Part shown: positions 1 to 9,313 of the stretch, in pieces | Position numbering within the stretch: position 1 is the stretch's first letter | Layout: each line of letters opens with the position of its first letter | Assembly: GCA_004297735.1 (NCBI GenBank) | Contig: SCTI01000002.1 | Span: 256,160 to 320,159, forward strand | DNA length: 64,000 nucleotides | Origin: Patescibacteria group bacterium | GTDB taxonomy: Bacteria; Patescibacteriota; Saccharimonadia; UBA4664; SCTI01 | Direction of reading: 5' to 3' | Made by a program: the position numbers and the translations under genes | The notes under the pieces: model-generated | Told to the model about the DNA's origin: nothing | Database searches by the model: none | Seen by the model: only the letters and a program-made list of their open reading frames with translations

Positions 1-296
1 ACGCGATCGGATACCGGGGTAAGCTCGCCCTCGGCGTCCCCAGTGGAGCTGTTTGCTCCAAGCTGGATGGTCGCGCGGTAACACTTGTCTAGCTTTAAAA
101 ATCGATCGGCCTGCTTGGTGGCGGCACCAATTAATACAATCATCAAACCGGTCGCCATCGGGTCGAGCGTACCAGCGTGGCCGGCTTTAGCTACTCCGCC
201 CTCACGACGAAGGTGGCGGATTACGTCAAACGAGGTGATACCTTGCGGCTTATCAACCAGTAAAATTCCTGCTTGATCCGAGTGATTAGCTACCAC
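1..296 (-). CDS. truB: tRNA pseudouridine(55) synthase TruB, N-terminal part (runs off the window)
   Basis: Manual minus-strand translation from GTG at 296: MVANHSDQAGILLVDKPQGITSFDVIRHLRREGGVAKAGHAGTLDPMATG; has the DKP and GHAGTLDP motifs. Confidence 0.93.
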   Translation of the reverse strand, partial: MVANHSDQAGILLVDKPQGITSFDVIRHLRREGGVAKAGHAGTLDPMATGLMIVLIGAATKQADRFLKLDKCYRATIQLGANSSTGDAEGELTPVSDR

Positions 297-1663
297 GGTA
301 AGCGGTTGGCAAATACTGGATTATTGGTTGGATTGGCTGAAACGTGGTGGGCAGCAGGTTGCGCGGCCGGATTATCCGGAGCGGCCTGATTGGTGACGGT
401 TGGAGCGGGCTCGCTACCGTTAATCAACGGCTCGGGCTGCGAACTGGCCTGAACCAGCTCCTGGATTGCCTGGCTTACCGCCGCTGGCTCCGAGGGTGCC
501 ACTTCAGGGTCGGTAACTACCGGTGCCTCAGGGTCAATTGCGGTATCGGCCGGGGGGTGAATAATTTCTAGCTCTGGGGCGGGTTCAAAGGCAGCAGCCG
601 GCTGAACCGGCTCAGGCAAAATCGGCTGGGCTGGTACCGTGGGGGCTACCGGCTCAGGAGTGGCTAAAATACGGGGCGGCTCAACCACCGGCTCTTCGGG
701 GTTAACTGGCTGGGTTTGGCTAGCCATTTGGGGAGCGTCATGGACTGGAGCTTCAACTGGCTGAGCAATCGGCTTTGGCGACTGAATAGGCTGCTCGACC
801 TTAGCTATAGGAGCCTGAACCGGCTGAGTCGGTTTTTGACTCCCCTGCTGAGCTCGAACCGAACCTTGCCCCTGCCTGGTGCGGCTATCGCTTTTATCGC
901 CCTTATCCTGTCGATACAGGCCACGGACCACAGTTTGTTGATCGGCGCCCATTGCCATCATCTGGGCGGCAACAGTTAGCGCTTTGCTGGTGGTATGGGT
1001 AGCGGTAAACCGATCGGTACTGGCCATGATGCCGGCTAGTATGGTGGTGGCAATTGGCTGATCAATCAATCCAGTCTGAAGTGACTCAGACAAAGCTACC
1101 AGAATCTCGCCCAGACCGGCAGCGGTGGCGTCAATTAAGTTGACTGCGCCATACTGCTCGTTGCTACGGTGGTAGTCGATATTAACAATTGGGATATGCT
1201 GTAGAACCGCTTGGTTTTGCGCAAACACTTTATCGATGCGAGCATACGAGGCCACTCCCAGCACAACGATTAAGTCATAGTGGAAGTCGCCATAATCAAA
1301 ACTTACATCTTGAGCCGAAAAGCCACCGGCAAACGGCGAAACGTAAATGTTGAGCTTACCATCCTCAACCATCCACTTAAGCGTATCGACCTCTCCCCGA
1401 TCCAGGCCAATTCGTAAGATAAAATCACGCAAGCCATCAAGGTTTTGCTCTAAATAAGGGCGGGGTAGAAAACGGGCGCCAGCTGGAACCTCATCGCTAA
1501 CAACGGTGGTAACCTTCTTGCCAAACTTGCGCAGCACAGCACCTAGCGCCACGGTTGATGCAACCTGGTCGATTGAGGGACGTTGGCCGGTTAAGATTAA
1601 AATGCTATCGGCCTGGCGGATCGCCTCAGAAGTCTGTTGTTTGGGGGTTAATTCTCTATCCAT
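290..1663 (-). CDS. DHH-family (NrnA-like) protein with degenerate motifs and a long Pro/Ala/Gln/Glu-rich tail
   Basis: DHH-fold pattern (ILILTGQRPSIDQ, NIDYHRSN, GIMASTDRF); likely start MDRELTP at 1663 rather than the ORF-track start at 1750. Confidence 0.75.
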   Translation of the reverse strand: MDRELTPKQQTSEAIRQADSILILTGQRPSIDQVASTVALGAVLRKFGKKVTTVVSDEVPAGARFLPRPYLEQNLDGLRDFILRIGLDRGEVDTLKWMVEDGKLNIYVSPFAGGFSAQDVSFDYGDFHYDLIVVLGVASYARIDKVFAQNQAVLQHIPIVNIDYHRSNEQYGAVNLIDATAAGLGEILVALSESLQTGLIDQPIATTILAGIMASTDRFTATHTTSKALTVAAQMMAMGADQQTVVRGLYRQDKGDKSDSRTRQGQGSVRAQQGSQKPTQPVQAPIAKVEQPIQSPKPIAQPVEAPVHDAPQMASQTQPVNPEEPVVEPPRILATPEPVAPTVPAQPILPEPVQPAAAFEPAPELEIIHPPADTAIDPEAPVVTDPEVAPSEPAAVSQAIQELVQASSQPEPLINGSEPAPTVTNQAAPDNPAAQPAAHHVSANPTNNPVFANRLPW

Positions 1664-1793
1664 AGTGAAACTCACAAGATTACATATCTTATCAGATATA
1701 GGCCTTTTTGTCAACAGATATATTGTTCTTATGGTTGGGACACAAATCAACCTCTTTACAGGTCGATGTTTTTAGCGTATAGTTCTTCGAGTT

Positions 1794-2156
1794 ATGCCAA
1801 TTATTAAATCTGCAATGAAACGAGTACGACAGGCCGCCAAGCGGCGCAGTCGTAACCTGCAAATCAAGCGGGCGGTCCATCAGGACGTTCGTAGTCTTAA
1901 GGATGCAGTGGCAAGTGAAGACTCTAAACAGACCACCGAGGCTCTACGACAAGCAATTTCTGAGATTGACCGAGCGGTTAAAAAGGGTGTGCTCCACAAA
2001 AACACCGCGGCTCGGCGTAAATCGCAATTAACCAAGCTATCAAACACGGTTGCTAAGCCGGTAAAAGCCAAGGCAACTGCCAAGGCCAAGCCAAAGGCTA
2101 CTGCAGCCGCCAAGCCGGCCGCCAAAAAGCCCGCTACCAAGAAAGCCGCTAAATAG
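1794..2156 (+). CDS. rpsT: 30S ribosomal protein S20 with Ala/Lys-rich extension
   Basis: MPIIKSAMKRVRQ...IDRAVKKGVLHKNTAARRKS. Confidence 0.97.
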   Translation: MPIIKSAMKRVRQAAKRRSRNLQIKRAVHQDVRSLKDAVASEDSKQTTEALRQAISEIDRAVKKGVLHKNTAARRKSQLTKLSNTVAKPVKAKATAKAKPKATAAAKPAAKKPATKKAAK

Positions 2157-2168
2157 CGGCTTTCTTTC
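2139..2168 (+). terminator. Intrinsic terminator of rpsT
   Basis: AAGAAAGCCGCT-AAAT-AGCGGCTTTCTTT hairpin spanning the stop codon. Confidence 0.7.
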
Positions 2169-2183
2169 TGATAAACTAAAGGC

Positions 2184-2378
2184 ATGGCCCAAACCGAAGA
2201 CACCTCCGTAATTATTCATCAGCAGTGCGAAGAGCTGATCGCCCAAGTTAAACAGTTTCGAGACTACGCCACCACGCCCAACAGCACTTGGTTGGCCAAG
2301 AGTGAGCTAAACCGTATTCAAGCCTTAATTAGCGAGATCGAGCAGGTTTTGCAGCGGATTGACTCACCTGCTTCATAA
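2184..2378 (+). CDS. Small hypothetical helical protein (64 aa)
   Basis: ATG 6 nt after TAAACT; overlaps the holA 3' end. Confidence 0.5.
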   Translation: MAQTEDTSVIIHQQCEELIAQVKQFRDYATTPNSTWLAKSELNRIQALISEIEQVLQRIDSPAS

Positions 2379-3303
2379 GGGCGGCCACGTCGGTAATTAA
2401 GCGCTCAATTAAAGCATCTGGCAAACCATCGCCGGTTTTAATCCGATACTCGGTTTCGACGGTCAGCAAAAAGGCCTGTTTTAGCTGCTGATCGCTAAAT
2501 AAATGGCGCCGAGCCAACATTTTTTCGGCGACATATGGTGACATCCCCGCTTGCTTGGCTAGCTGAGGCGCGGTTACTCTTCCGGCCGACTTGGCAAGCA
2601 AGAGATTGCGCAGCTGCCAGGTAATCATACTTAAAATATATAATTGATTATGCCCATCGGCCCGCAGCGTATGGTAGCCTTCAAGCGCCTGACTTAAGCG
2701 GCCGGCCGTAACCGCCTCAATTAAGGCAAAGACGTTGTCGTCGGGACTAGACTCAACCATCGACTCAACCGACTCAACGGTTATTGCCGGGTTATACTGG
2801 CTGAGCTTGGTCAGCTCATTATCCAGTCGCCACTGGTCATCCCCTACGATCTCTAGCAATTTACCTAAAGCTGGTCGGCTTATAGTGGCGCCAAGCTGCT
2901 CAACCCGCTGACTCACCCATCGATGCAACTGGGCGGTGGCCAAGGGCTTAAACTCCACCGACTTAGTCGCCTGCGCCTGCATCACCTTGGTGTAGCTGGT
3001 TCGCTTGTCGAGTGATGGCTCGTAAAAAACCGCTACGGTGGTACTGGGTATATCATCCAGTAATTCCGGTACCTTTGGTGCTACCGACTTATTGCCACCC
3101 ACACCCTCAATAATAGCTAGGCGACTGGCTGCTAAAAATGGAACCGCCTGCAATGACGCTCGTAGCTGAGCCATCGTAACGGTACGGCCATCAATACGCT
3201 CAATGCCTAAGTTGCTACCGGTCTTAGACTCGTACTGCGCCACAAGCTTAGCCAGCTGCTGCCGCGCCTCGTAGCTATTAGACCCGTAAAAAAACAAGAT
3301 CAT
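2329..3303 (-). CDS. holA: DNA polymerase III delta subunit
   Basis: FFYGSN start, AVPFLAASRL, NELTKL, VFALIEAV, EYRIKTG. Confidence 0.9.
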   Translation of the reverse strand: MILFFYGSNSYEARQQLAKLVAQYESKTGSNLGIERIDGRTVTMAQLRASLQAVPFLAASRLAIIEGVGGNKSVAPKVPELLDDIPSTTVAVFYEPSLDKRTSYTKVMQAQATKSVEFKPLATAQLHRWVSQRVEQLGATISRPALGKLLEIVGDDQWRLDNELTKLSQYNPAITVESVESMVESSPDDNVFALIEAVTAGRLSQALEGYHTLRADGHNQLYILSMITWQLRNLLLAKSAGRVTAPQLAKQAGMSPYVAEKMLARRHLFSDQQLKQAFLLTVETEYRIKTGDGLPDALIERLITDVAALMKQVSQSAAKPARSR

Positions 3304-4190
3304 GGTCGCCAGCCCCGTGGTGGTTTTTGGCAGACCGTGCAGTAATGCGTCCCCCTGCCGGCCACTCGAGTTTTAATGATAACGGTGCCGCAGACTGGGC
3401 AGGTTAAGCCCTGGCGCCTAAAGACCCGAGCGTGATGCAAGTAATCGCCGGTGCCGCCAAGCGCATTAACGTAGTTGGTAAAACTGGTACCACCATGTTC
3501 AACCCCAAGAGCAATAATGGTCTTAATGGCCTCATAGAGGCGCTTAATCTGTACCGGCTTAAGGTCTGCGGCTAATGTAGCAGGATGAATTTTAGCTAAA
3601 TGGAGCGACTCATCAGCATAAATATTACCCACACCAGCCACCACCGACTGGTCTAAAATCACCGCTTTAATGGGTGACTTTGGTCGTCGTGCAAGGGTTT
3701 GCGAGAAACCTTTTAGCTCAAACTTTTCGGTTAATGGCTCCGGACCAAGGCGAGCGATGAGCGTATCGTTTAACACCTCCGAATTGGGTACCAATTTTAC
3801 CCAACCAAAGATGCGCTGGTCGTTGAAGTACAGGGTTGAGCCATCGTCTAGGCGGAAAATAATCTTGGTGCTTTTATCTGGGAGCTTATCGGCCATACTC
3901 CTGGTGGGATGTCCGCCGGCATGTCGGGCACCATCGGGGCCGACCAGTACAATTTGACCGGTCATTTTTAAGTGAAACAGCAGACTCCAGCCACTACTTA
4001 AACGCATAACTAGCACCTTGCCAAAGCGCTTAAACTCAACGATGTCTGAACCAATCGCGTGTTCATCAATTAATTCAGCGCTGGTCTGGAGCGACTTGGG
4101 GTGGAGTGATTCAACATCAACGATCCGCCGACCGATAACGGTCTGCTCAAGCCCACGACGAATTGTTTCAACTTCTGGCAACTCCGGCAT
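3300..4190 (-). CDS. mutM: Formamidopyrimidine-DNA glycosylase
   Basis: MPELPEVET, HLKMTG, GVGNIYADE, C-terminal CPVC...CTVCQ zinc finger. Confidence 0.97.
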   Translation of the reverse strand: MPELPEVETIRRGLEQTVIGRRIVDVESLHPKSLQTSAELIDEHAIGSDIVEFKRFGKVLVMRLSSGWSLLFHLKMTGQIVLVGPDGARHAGGHPTRSMADKLPDKSTKIIFRLDDGSTLYFNDQRIFGWVKLVPNSEVLNDTLIARLGPEPLTEKFELKGFSQTLARRPKSPIKAVILDQSVVAGVGNIYADESLHLAKIHPATLAADLKPVQIKRLYEAIKTIIALGVEHGGTSFTNYVNALGGTGDYLHHARVFRRQGLTCPVCGTVIIKTRVAGRGTHYCTVCQKPPRGWRP

Positions 4191-4223
4191 GGGGCTATTA
4201 TAGCTGATTATCAGGTTAGCGGG

Positions 4224-4937
4224 TTAAAACTCATCCTTGGTGTAATGGTGAGTTTCTTCGACAAAGACGCCCTTAGTACCCAGAATCATCTCCAGCTCGG
4301 TTTCAAAGCTGGTGTAGCGTTTCTCCAGCAGGCGGGCCTCATCGACGGTCATCCACTGGTTGATTCCCCCTTCGAATTTCTCGATCAGCTCGCCGCTGGA
4401 GTTGGTACAGTGCACCACAAAGAAGACCTTGTCCTCAACCGCCTCTTCCTCGCCCTCTAGATAGGCGTGCTCGTGGTAAACACCGGCAATTCGGTAGTCG
4501 GCGGCAAGGCCGGTCTCCTCGTCGAGCTCGCGGGCGGCGGTTTGGGTGATGGTCTCGCCCCAGCGCATCTTGCCCGACGGAAAGCCCCAGTAGCCGAAGT
4601 ACGGATTCTTGGTACGTTGCTGGAATAATAGCTGGGTCTTACCGTCGAGCTCACGCTCCACTGCGAGCAGTACCGCTACCTTAGGCTGGCGCTCGATGGT
4701 TTTGTTGTCGGTATCGAGCTTGTTGGCGTACTCCTTGCCCTTGTGGGTCAGGCGGTAGCGCCCCCGGTTCACCTTTTCGACTAGCTTGAGGTCAACCAGG
4801 CGGCCAATGTGAAAGTTGAAATGATCACTGGTTAAGCTGGTTGGTTTTTGCAGCTCGGCATAGGTCGCCTCAGGTACAAATAACAGCTCCCGCAAAATAC
4901 TGGTCTGGGCGTCATGGATTTTAACTTCGTGGCTCAT
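4224..4937 (-). CDS. N-terminal winged-HTH plus NUDIX hydrolase fusion
   Basis: wHTH-like YAELQK...FNFHIGRL...YRLT; Nudix box GKMRWGETITQTAARELDEETGL. Confidence 0.85.
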   Translation of the reverse strand: MSHEVKIHDAQTSILRELLFVPEATYAELQKPTSLTSDHFNFHIGRLVDLKLVEKVNRGRYRLTHKGKEYANKLDTDNKTIERQPKVAVLLAVERELDGKTQLLFQQRTKNPYFGYWGFPSGKMRWGETITQTAARELDEETGLAADYRIAGVYHEHAYLEGEEEAVEDKVFFVVHCTNSSGELIEKFEGGINQWMTVDEARLLEKRYTSFETELEMILGTKGVFVEETHHYTKDEF

Positions 4938-5006
4938 TGGTAACTCCGCTTTGCATCTGACTGTAGCGAAGCTTACAGCCGGGCGCTAGTAAAGTCGAGT
5001 TTAGTA

Positions 5007-7724
5007 TTACAGTTCGCCCCAGTTGGTACCAACGGCGGTATCGACGGCAATCGGAACGCCAAGATCATAGACATTTTCCATGGTGTCTTTGAGGATTTTC
5101 TGAACCTTATCGGCTTGGGATTGATCGCATTCAACTATTAATTCGTCATGAATCTGGAGGAGGAGCTTGGCGCCCTCTGGCAGCTTTGGCGGCAGCGCAA
5201 TCATAGCCAGCTTCATAATGTCGGCGGCGGTACCCTGGATCGGAACGTTAACCGCTACCCTCTCGGCGGCGGTACGGATCATAAAGTTATTCGAGTTAAT
5301 ATCAGGGCATGGCCGGCGGCGACCCAGCAGAGTCTCGGTGTACTGATTTTTGCGCGCAAACTCTTTAGTCTCTTCGATGTACTTTTTGAGGTCACCACGG
5401 ATCTCAAAGTAACGCTCGATAAAGGCATTGGCCTCATCGCGAGTCATGCCGGTGGCGACCACCAGACCATGAGGACTCATACCATAGAGCACACCAAAGT
5501 TGATGGTCTTGGCGCTGTAGCGCTGTTCCTTCGTTACCTCTTCTAGTGGGATATTAGCCATCTGGGCGGCGGTTTGTTGATGAAGGTCTATTCCGTCTTT
5601 AAAAGTTTTAATCATCCCTTCATCTTTACTGAGGGCGGCGGCTACACGGAGTTCAATCTGGGAGTAGTCCGCTGAAACCAGGACACGGCCTTTGGGCGCG
5701 ACGAAGGCTTTGCGGATCTCGCGGCCGAGTTCGGTGCGAACGGGAATGTTCTGCAAATTGGGATCGTTTGAGCTGAGGCGGCCGGTTTGAGCAATGGTTT
5801 GGCTGTAACGGGTGTGCAAACGACTCTTGTCGTCGACCATGAGTGGGAGTGTATCAACATAGGTACTCTTCAGTTTGGTCAGCTCACGATATTCCGAAAT
5901 AAGTGGAATAATTTTGTGTTCGTTGCGCAGCTTTTCGAGCTCATTAGCGGCCGTGGAGTAGCCGGTCTTACCCTTTTTAACCGTGGCGGTGCTGAGTTCG
6001 AGCTTGGTGAATAAAATCTCCGAGAGCTGTGCTGGCGAGCTGATGTTAAACTCCTCCCCCGCCGCTTTCCAAATGGCTTTTTGGAGCTTATCAATCTCTT
6101 TTTCAATAGTTGAACTAAATTTTTGCAAAAAATCGGTGTTCAATTCAATGCCAGCTAGCTCCATGTCACCCAAAACCTCAATCAGCGGCCATTCGGTAGC
6201 TTCGGCCAGCTTGGTTGCACCGGCCTTTTTGAGCTGAGGCTCCATAATTTCATACAAGCGCCAGGTCATATCGGAATCCTCAGCCGCGTACGTAGTGGCC
6301 TCATCGATTGGGACGGTTGCAAAGGTGGTTTGGCTCTTACCGGTGCCAATCAGTTCGGTGATCGGTATCATCTCGATGCCGAACTCACGATAGGTCAGGT
6401 CATCCAGGGATTGTGAGCGACCAATTGGGTTTATAAGAAAGGCGGCAATCATGGTATCGAAGCTGATTGGACTGGGAGTAATGCCGTGGCGTTTAAGAAT
6501 TTTGTAATCGAACTTGGCGTTATGCGCGACTTTACCGATCTTTGGGTCCTCAAAGGGGGGCTTGAGGGCTTTGACCACTTCTTCGAGCGATAGTTGCTCG
6601 CCTTCATCGTGCCTAACCGGGATGTAATAGCCCTCTTTAGCCTTAAAACTAACTGATATGCCTACCAGTTCGGCAGTAATCTCATTAACACTGGTGGTCT
6701 CAGTGTCAAAGGCGAAAACCTTTTGCTTACTCAAATCATTCGCCAGCTGGTTAAGCTGCTCGACGGTAGTAACCTCGTGGTATTTCACCTCTTTCAGGTG
6801 ATCACGAGCCTTGGTTACCGGAGCTGCATCGTCAAACAGAGTTGGCGTGGCACTCATTTCGGGTGGGAGCTTTGAAAGCAAGCTCTTGAACTCAAGTCGG
6901 CGGAACAGGTCATGGATATGCTGACGAATATACTGCCCCACTTCGGCCGGCTTGAGGTCGAGCTCAACCGGCGCATCAAGCACAATGGTTGAGAGTTTTT
7001 GGCTAAGGTAGGCTAGGTCTTTATTCTCCTCAATCCGCTCCTTGAGCTTGCCTTTGAGTTCATGGGTGTTCTCATACACGCCATCGAGGCTGCCATATTT
7101 TGTAATTAGATCCTTGGCGGTCTTCTCCCCCACTCCTGGTACGCCCGGAATATTGTCGCTGGCATCACCCTTGAGCGCCTTCAGATCGATGAACTGCTGT
7201 GGGTCCACCCCGTACCGCTCCTTTAAGGCATCGAGGTCGTAAATCACCGTATCGGTGAAGCCTTTGCGCATGGTGTAGATCTTGGTGTTATCATCGATCA
7301 GTTGCAGCTCATCCAGGTCACCGGTGACGATAATGGTTTCAAGGCCGCGCTTTTCGGCCTGGCGACCGAGCGTGCCAATTATGTCGTCGGCCTCATACTT
7401 GTCGAGCTCAATCCAGGGCATGCCCATGGCCTCGGTAACCTCGCGGGCATACGGCATTTGCTGATACAGATCGTCGGGCTGCTTTTTACGATGAGCCTTG
7501 TACTCCGGGTAGATGTCCTTACGGAAGGTGTCGCCGGACTTGTCCCAGGTCATAATAGCGTATTTGGGTTTGAGATCGGCCAGTACCCGCAGCAAAATAG
7601 TGGTAAAGCCAAGAGTGGCGTTGGTCGGAATGCCCTCAGCGTTACTAAGTGGTGGAATAGCGTGATACCCACGGTGAAACACCGCGCTACCATCAACTAA
7701 AACTAGGCGATCTTTTTTGGCCAT
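5007..7724 (-). CDS. polA: DNA polymerase I (5'-3' exo, 3'-5' exo, polymerase)
   Basis: LVDGS, EADD, GDASDNIPGV; DTETT, HNAKFD, YAAED; DYSQIELR, KTINFGVLYG, QIHDEL. Confidence 0.98.
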   Translation of the reverse strand: MAKKDRLVLVDGSAVFHRGYHAIPPLSNAEGIPTNATLGFTTILLRVLADLKPKYAIMTWDKSGDTFRKDIYPEYKAHRKKQPDDLYQQMPYAREVTEAMGMPWIELDKYEADDIIGTLGRQAEKRGLETIIVTGDLDELQLIDDNTKIYTMRKGFTDTVIYDLDALKERYGVDPQQFIDLKALKGDASDNIPGVPGVGEKTAKDLITKYGSLDGVYENTHELKGKLKERIEENKDLAYLSQKLSTIVLDAPVELDLKPAEVGQYIRQHIHDLFRRLEFKSLLSKLPPEMSATPTLFDDAAPVTKARDHLKEVKYHEVTTVEQLNQLANDLSKQKVFAFDTETTSVNEITAELVGISVSFKAKEGYYIPVRHDEGEQLSLEEVVKALKPPFEDPKIGKVAHNAKFDYKILKRHGITPSPISFDTMIAAFLINPIGRSQSLDDLTYREFGIEMIPITELIGTGKSQTTFATVPIDEATTYAAEDSDMTWRLYEIMEPQLKKAGATKLAEATEWPLIEVLGDMELAGIELNTDFLQKFSSTIEKEIDKLQKAIWKAAGEEFNISSPAQLSEILFTKLELSTATVKKGKTGYSTAANELEKLRNEHKIIPLISEYRELTKLKSTYVDTLPLMVDDKSRLHTRYSQTIAQTGRLSSNDPNLQNIPVRTELGREIRKAFVAPKGRVLVSADYSQIELRVAAALSKDEGMIKTFKDGIDLHQQTAAQMANIPLEEVTKEQRYSAKTINFGVLYGMSPHGLVVATGMTRDEANAFIERYFEIRGDLKKYIEETKEFARKNQYTETLLGRRRPCPDINSNNFMIRTAAERVAVNVPIQGTAADIMKLAMIALPPKLPEGAKLLLQIHDELIVECDQSQADKVQKILKDTMENVYDLGVPIAVDTAVGTNWGEL

Positions 7725-7745
7725 AAAGCCATTATACAGGTTAGA

Positions 7746-8075
7746 TCAGTGGTTTGGATCCGGAAGTTTATCTTCGGGGTTGTCGGTGTCGGGGTGTGGC
7801 TGATCGTGGTCAATTTCTGGTTGAGATTCGGCCACTGCGGCATCAACGGCTTCACGAGCATCTTTAATAGCCTCGCGACGAGCAATCTCTGCATTTACCT
7901 CATGTAGTTCCGCCTTAGGGTCTCGGCCCTGTAACTCGGAAACACTGCCGGGGGCATACGACTTGTCATCTTCACGCTCAGCGTTACCTGCTGCCGCCAA
8001 TGCTGCCTTTTGCTCCCAGCGAAGCTCACTTAACTTTTGTTCATCTGTAGGAAAGTTTTTTTCTGGTGTACTCAT
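7746..8075 (-). CDS. Acidic hypothetical protein (109 aa)
   Basis: Fills the polA-rpoD gap; TATGAT 6 nt before ATG. Confidence 0.6.
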   Translation of the reverse strand: MSTPEKNFPTDEQKLSELRWEQKAALAAAGNAEREDDKSYAPGSVSELQGRDPKAELHEVNAEIARREAIKDAREAVDAAVAESQPEIDHDQPHPDTDNPEDKLPDPNH

Positions 8076-8129
8076 GCCACCATCATACCAAAAAGGCCTG
8101 CGAAGAGCAGGGCCTAGTTGGTGGTTGAG

Positions 8130-8172
8130 GGTCCGACCTTTTGATGGGTCCGACCCGTAAAGAGGTCCGACC
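8130..8172. repeat. GGTCCGACC palindrome x3 at 17-bp period
   Basis: Copies start at 8130, 8147, 8164. Confidence 0.85.
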
Positions 8173-8176
8173 TCTT

Positions 8177-9292
8177 TTAAGCCAGGTAGTCCTTCAACTT
8201 CTTGCTCTCGCGGTGCTTGCGCAACTTGGTCAGGGCCTTGGCCTCAATCTGACGAATACGCTCACGAGTAACGCCAAACTCTAGTCCAACCTCTTCCAGG
8301 GTATGGCCGCGACCATCCTCTAGACCAAAGCGCATGCGCAAAATCTTCTGCTCCCGCGGGGTCAGTAGGGCTAGAACGTCAGCCACCTGTTCTTTGAGCA
8401 ACTGGTTGGCGGCAATTTCGGGAGGAGTCATGTTGTCCTCGTCCTCAATAAACTCGCTCAAGCTAGAATCACCATCATCACCAACTGGCGACTCAAGCGA
8501 AACAATGTCCTGCTTAATCTTTAAGATATGGTTAACCTTTTCAACGTCCAGCTCCATCTCGGCAGCAATCTCTTCGGGCAGCGGCTCACGGCCCAGCTCC
8601 TGAGTCAGGCGACGATGGGTGCGAATCAGCTTGTTAATGGTTTCAACCATGTGAACCGGAATACGAATGGTTCGAGCCTGGTCGGCAATGGCGCGGGTTA
8701 TGGCCTGGCGAATCCACCAGGTTGCATAGGTACTGAACTTAAATCCCTTGGTGTAATCAAACTTTTCGACGGCGCGAAGCAAGCCACTCGAACCCTCTTG
8801 GATCAGGTCGAGCAGATCCAGACCGCGGCCAATATACTTCTTGGCAATTGAGACCACCAGACGGAGGTTGGCTTCAACCATGGCGTCCTTAGCGGCTTTA
8901 TCTCCCTTGGCAATTCGCTTGGCTAACTCGATCTCCTGATCGGCGGTCAGCAAAGGTACGCGACCAATTTCGCGCAAGTAAAGACGTACCGAGTCGTCGG
9001 CAATATCCTTGGCGTAATCTTCATCGGCGGCGCCTTCGGCATTCTCGCCTTCGTTGTTGTCCCAGATTAAACGATCTTTTTGATCGGTTAATTGAACGCC
9101 ATTTTCAAGCAAGGCAGCATAGAGCTCATCAAGCTCCTCAAGGTTATCTTCGGCATCCGGAAAGACCTGCGACACCTCTTGTTGGGTCACAAATCCTTGC
9201 TCTTTACCTTTTTGAATTAGTCGTTCGATTTCGGGGCTATATTTTGCATCTTTTTCTTCGGGCATGGGGGCGGGGGCGGCTTTTTTGGGCAA
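8177..9292 (-). CDS. rpoD: RNA polymerase primary sigma factor
   Basis: [52 protein letters not shown]; TTG start. Confidence 0.98.
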   Translation of the reverse strand: MPKKAAPAPMPEEKDAKYSPEIERLIQKGKEQGFVTQQEVSQVFPDAEDNLEELDELYAALLENGVQLTDQKDRLIWDNNEGENAEGAADEDYAKDIADDSVRLYLREIGRVPLLTADQEIELAKRIAKGDKAAKDAMVEANLRLVVSIAKKYIGRGLDLLDLIQEGSSGLLRAVEKFDYTKGFKFSTYATWWIRQAITRAIADQARTIRIPVHMVETINKLIRTHRRLTQELGREPLPEEIAAEMELDVEKVNHILKIKQDIVSLESPVGDDGDSSLSEFIEDEDNMTPPEIAANQLLKEQVADVLALLTPREQKILRMRFGLEDGRGHTLEEVGLEFGVTRERIRQIEAKALTKLRKHRESKKLKDYLA

Positions 9293-9313
9293 GACAACTT
9301 CCTTTCAATATAA

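Noticed and set aside
8130-8172. Mini-CRISPR reading of the GGTCCGACC arrays
   Set aside because: 9-bp repeats with 8-bp spacers are far too short and there are no cas genes
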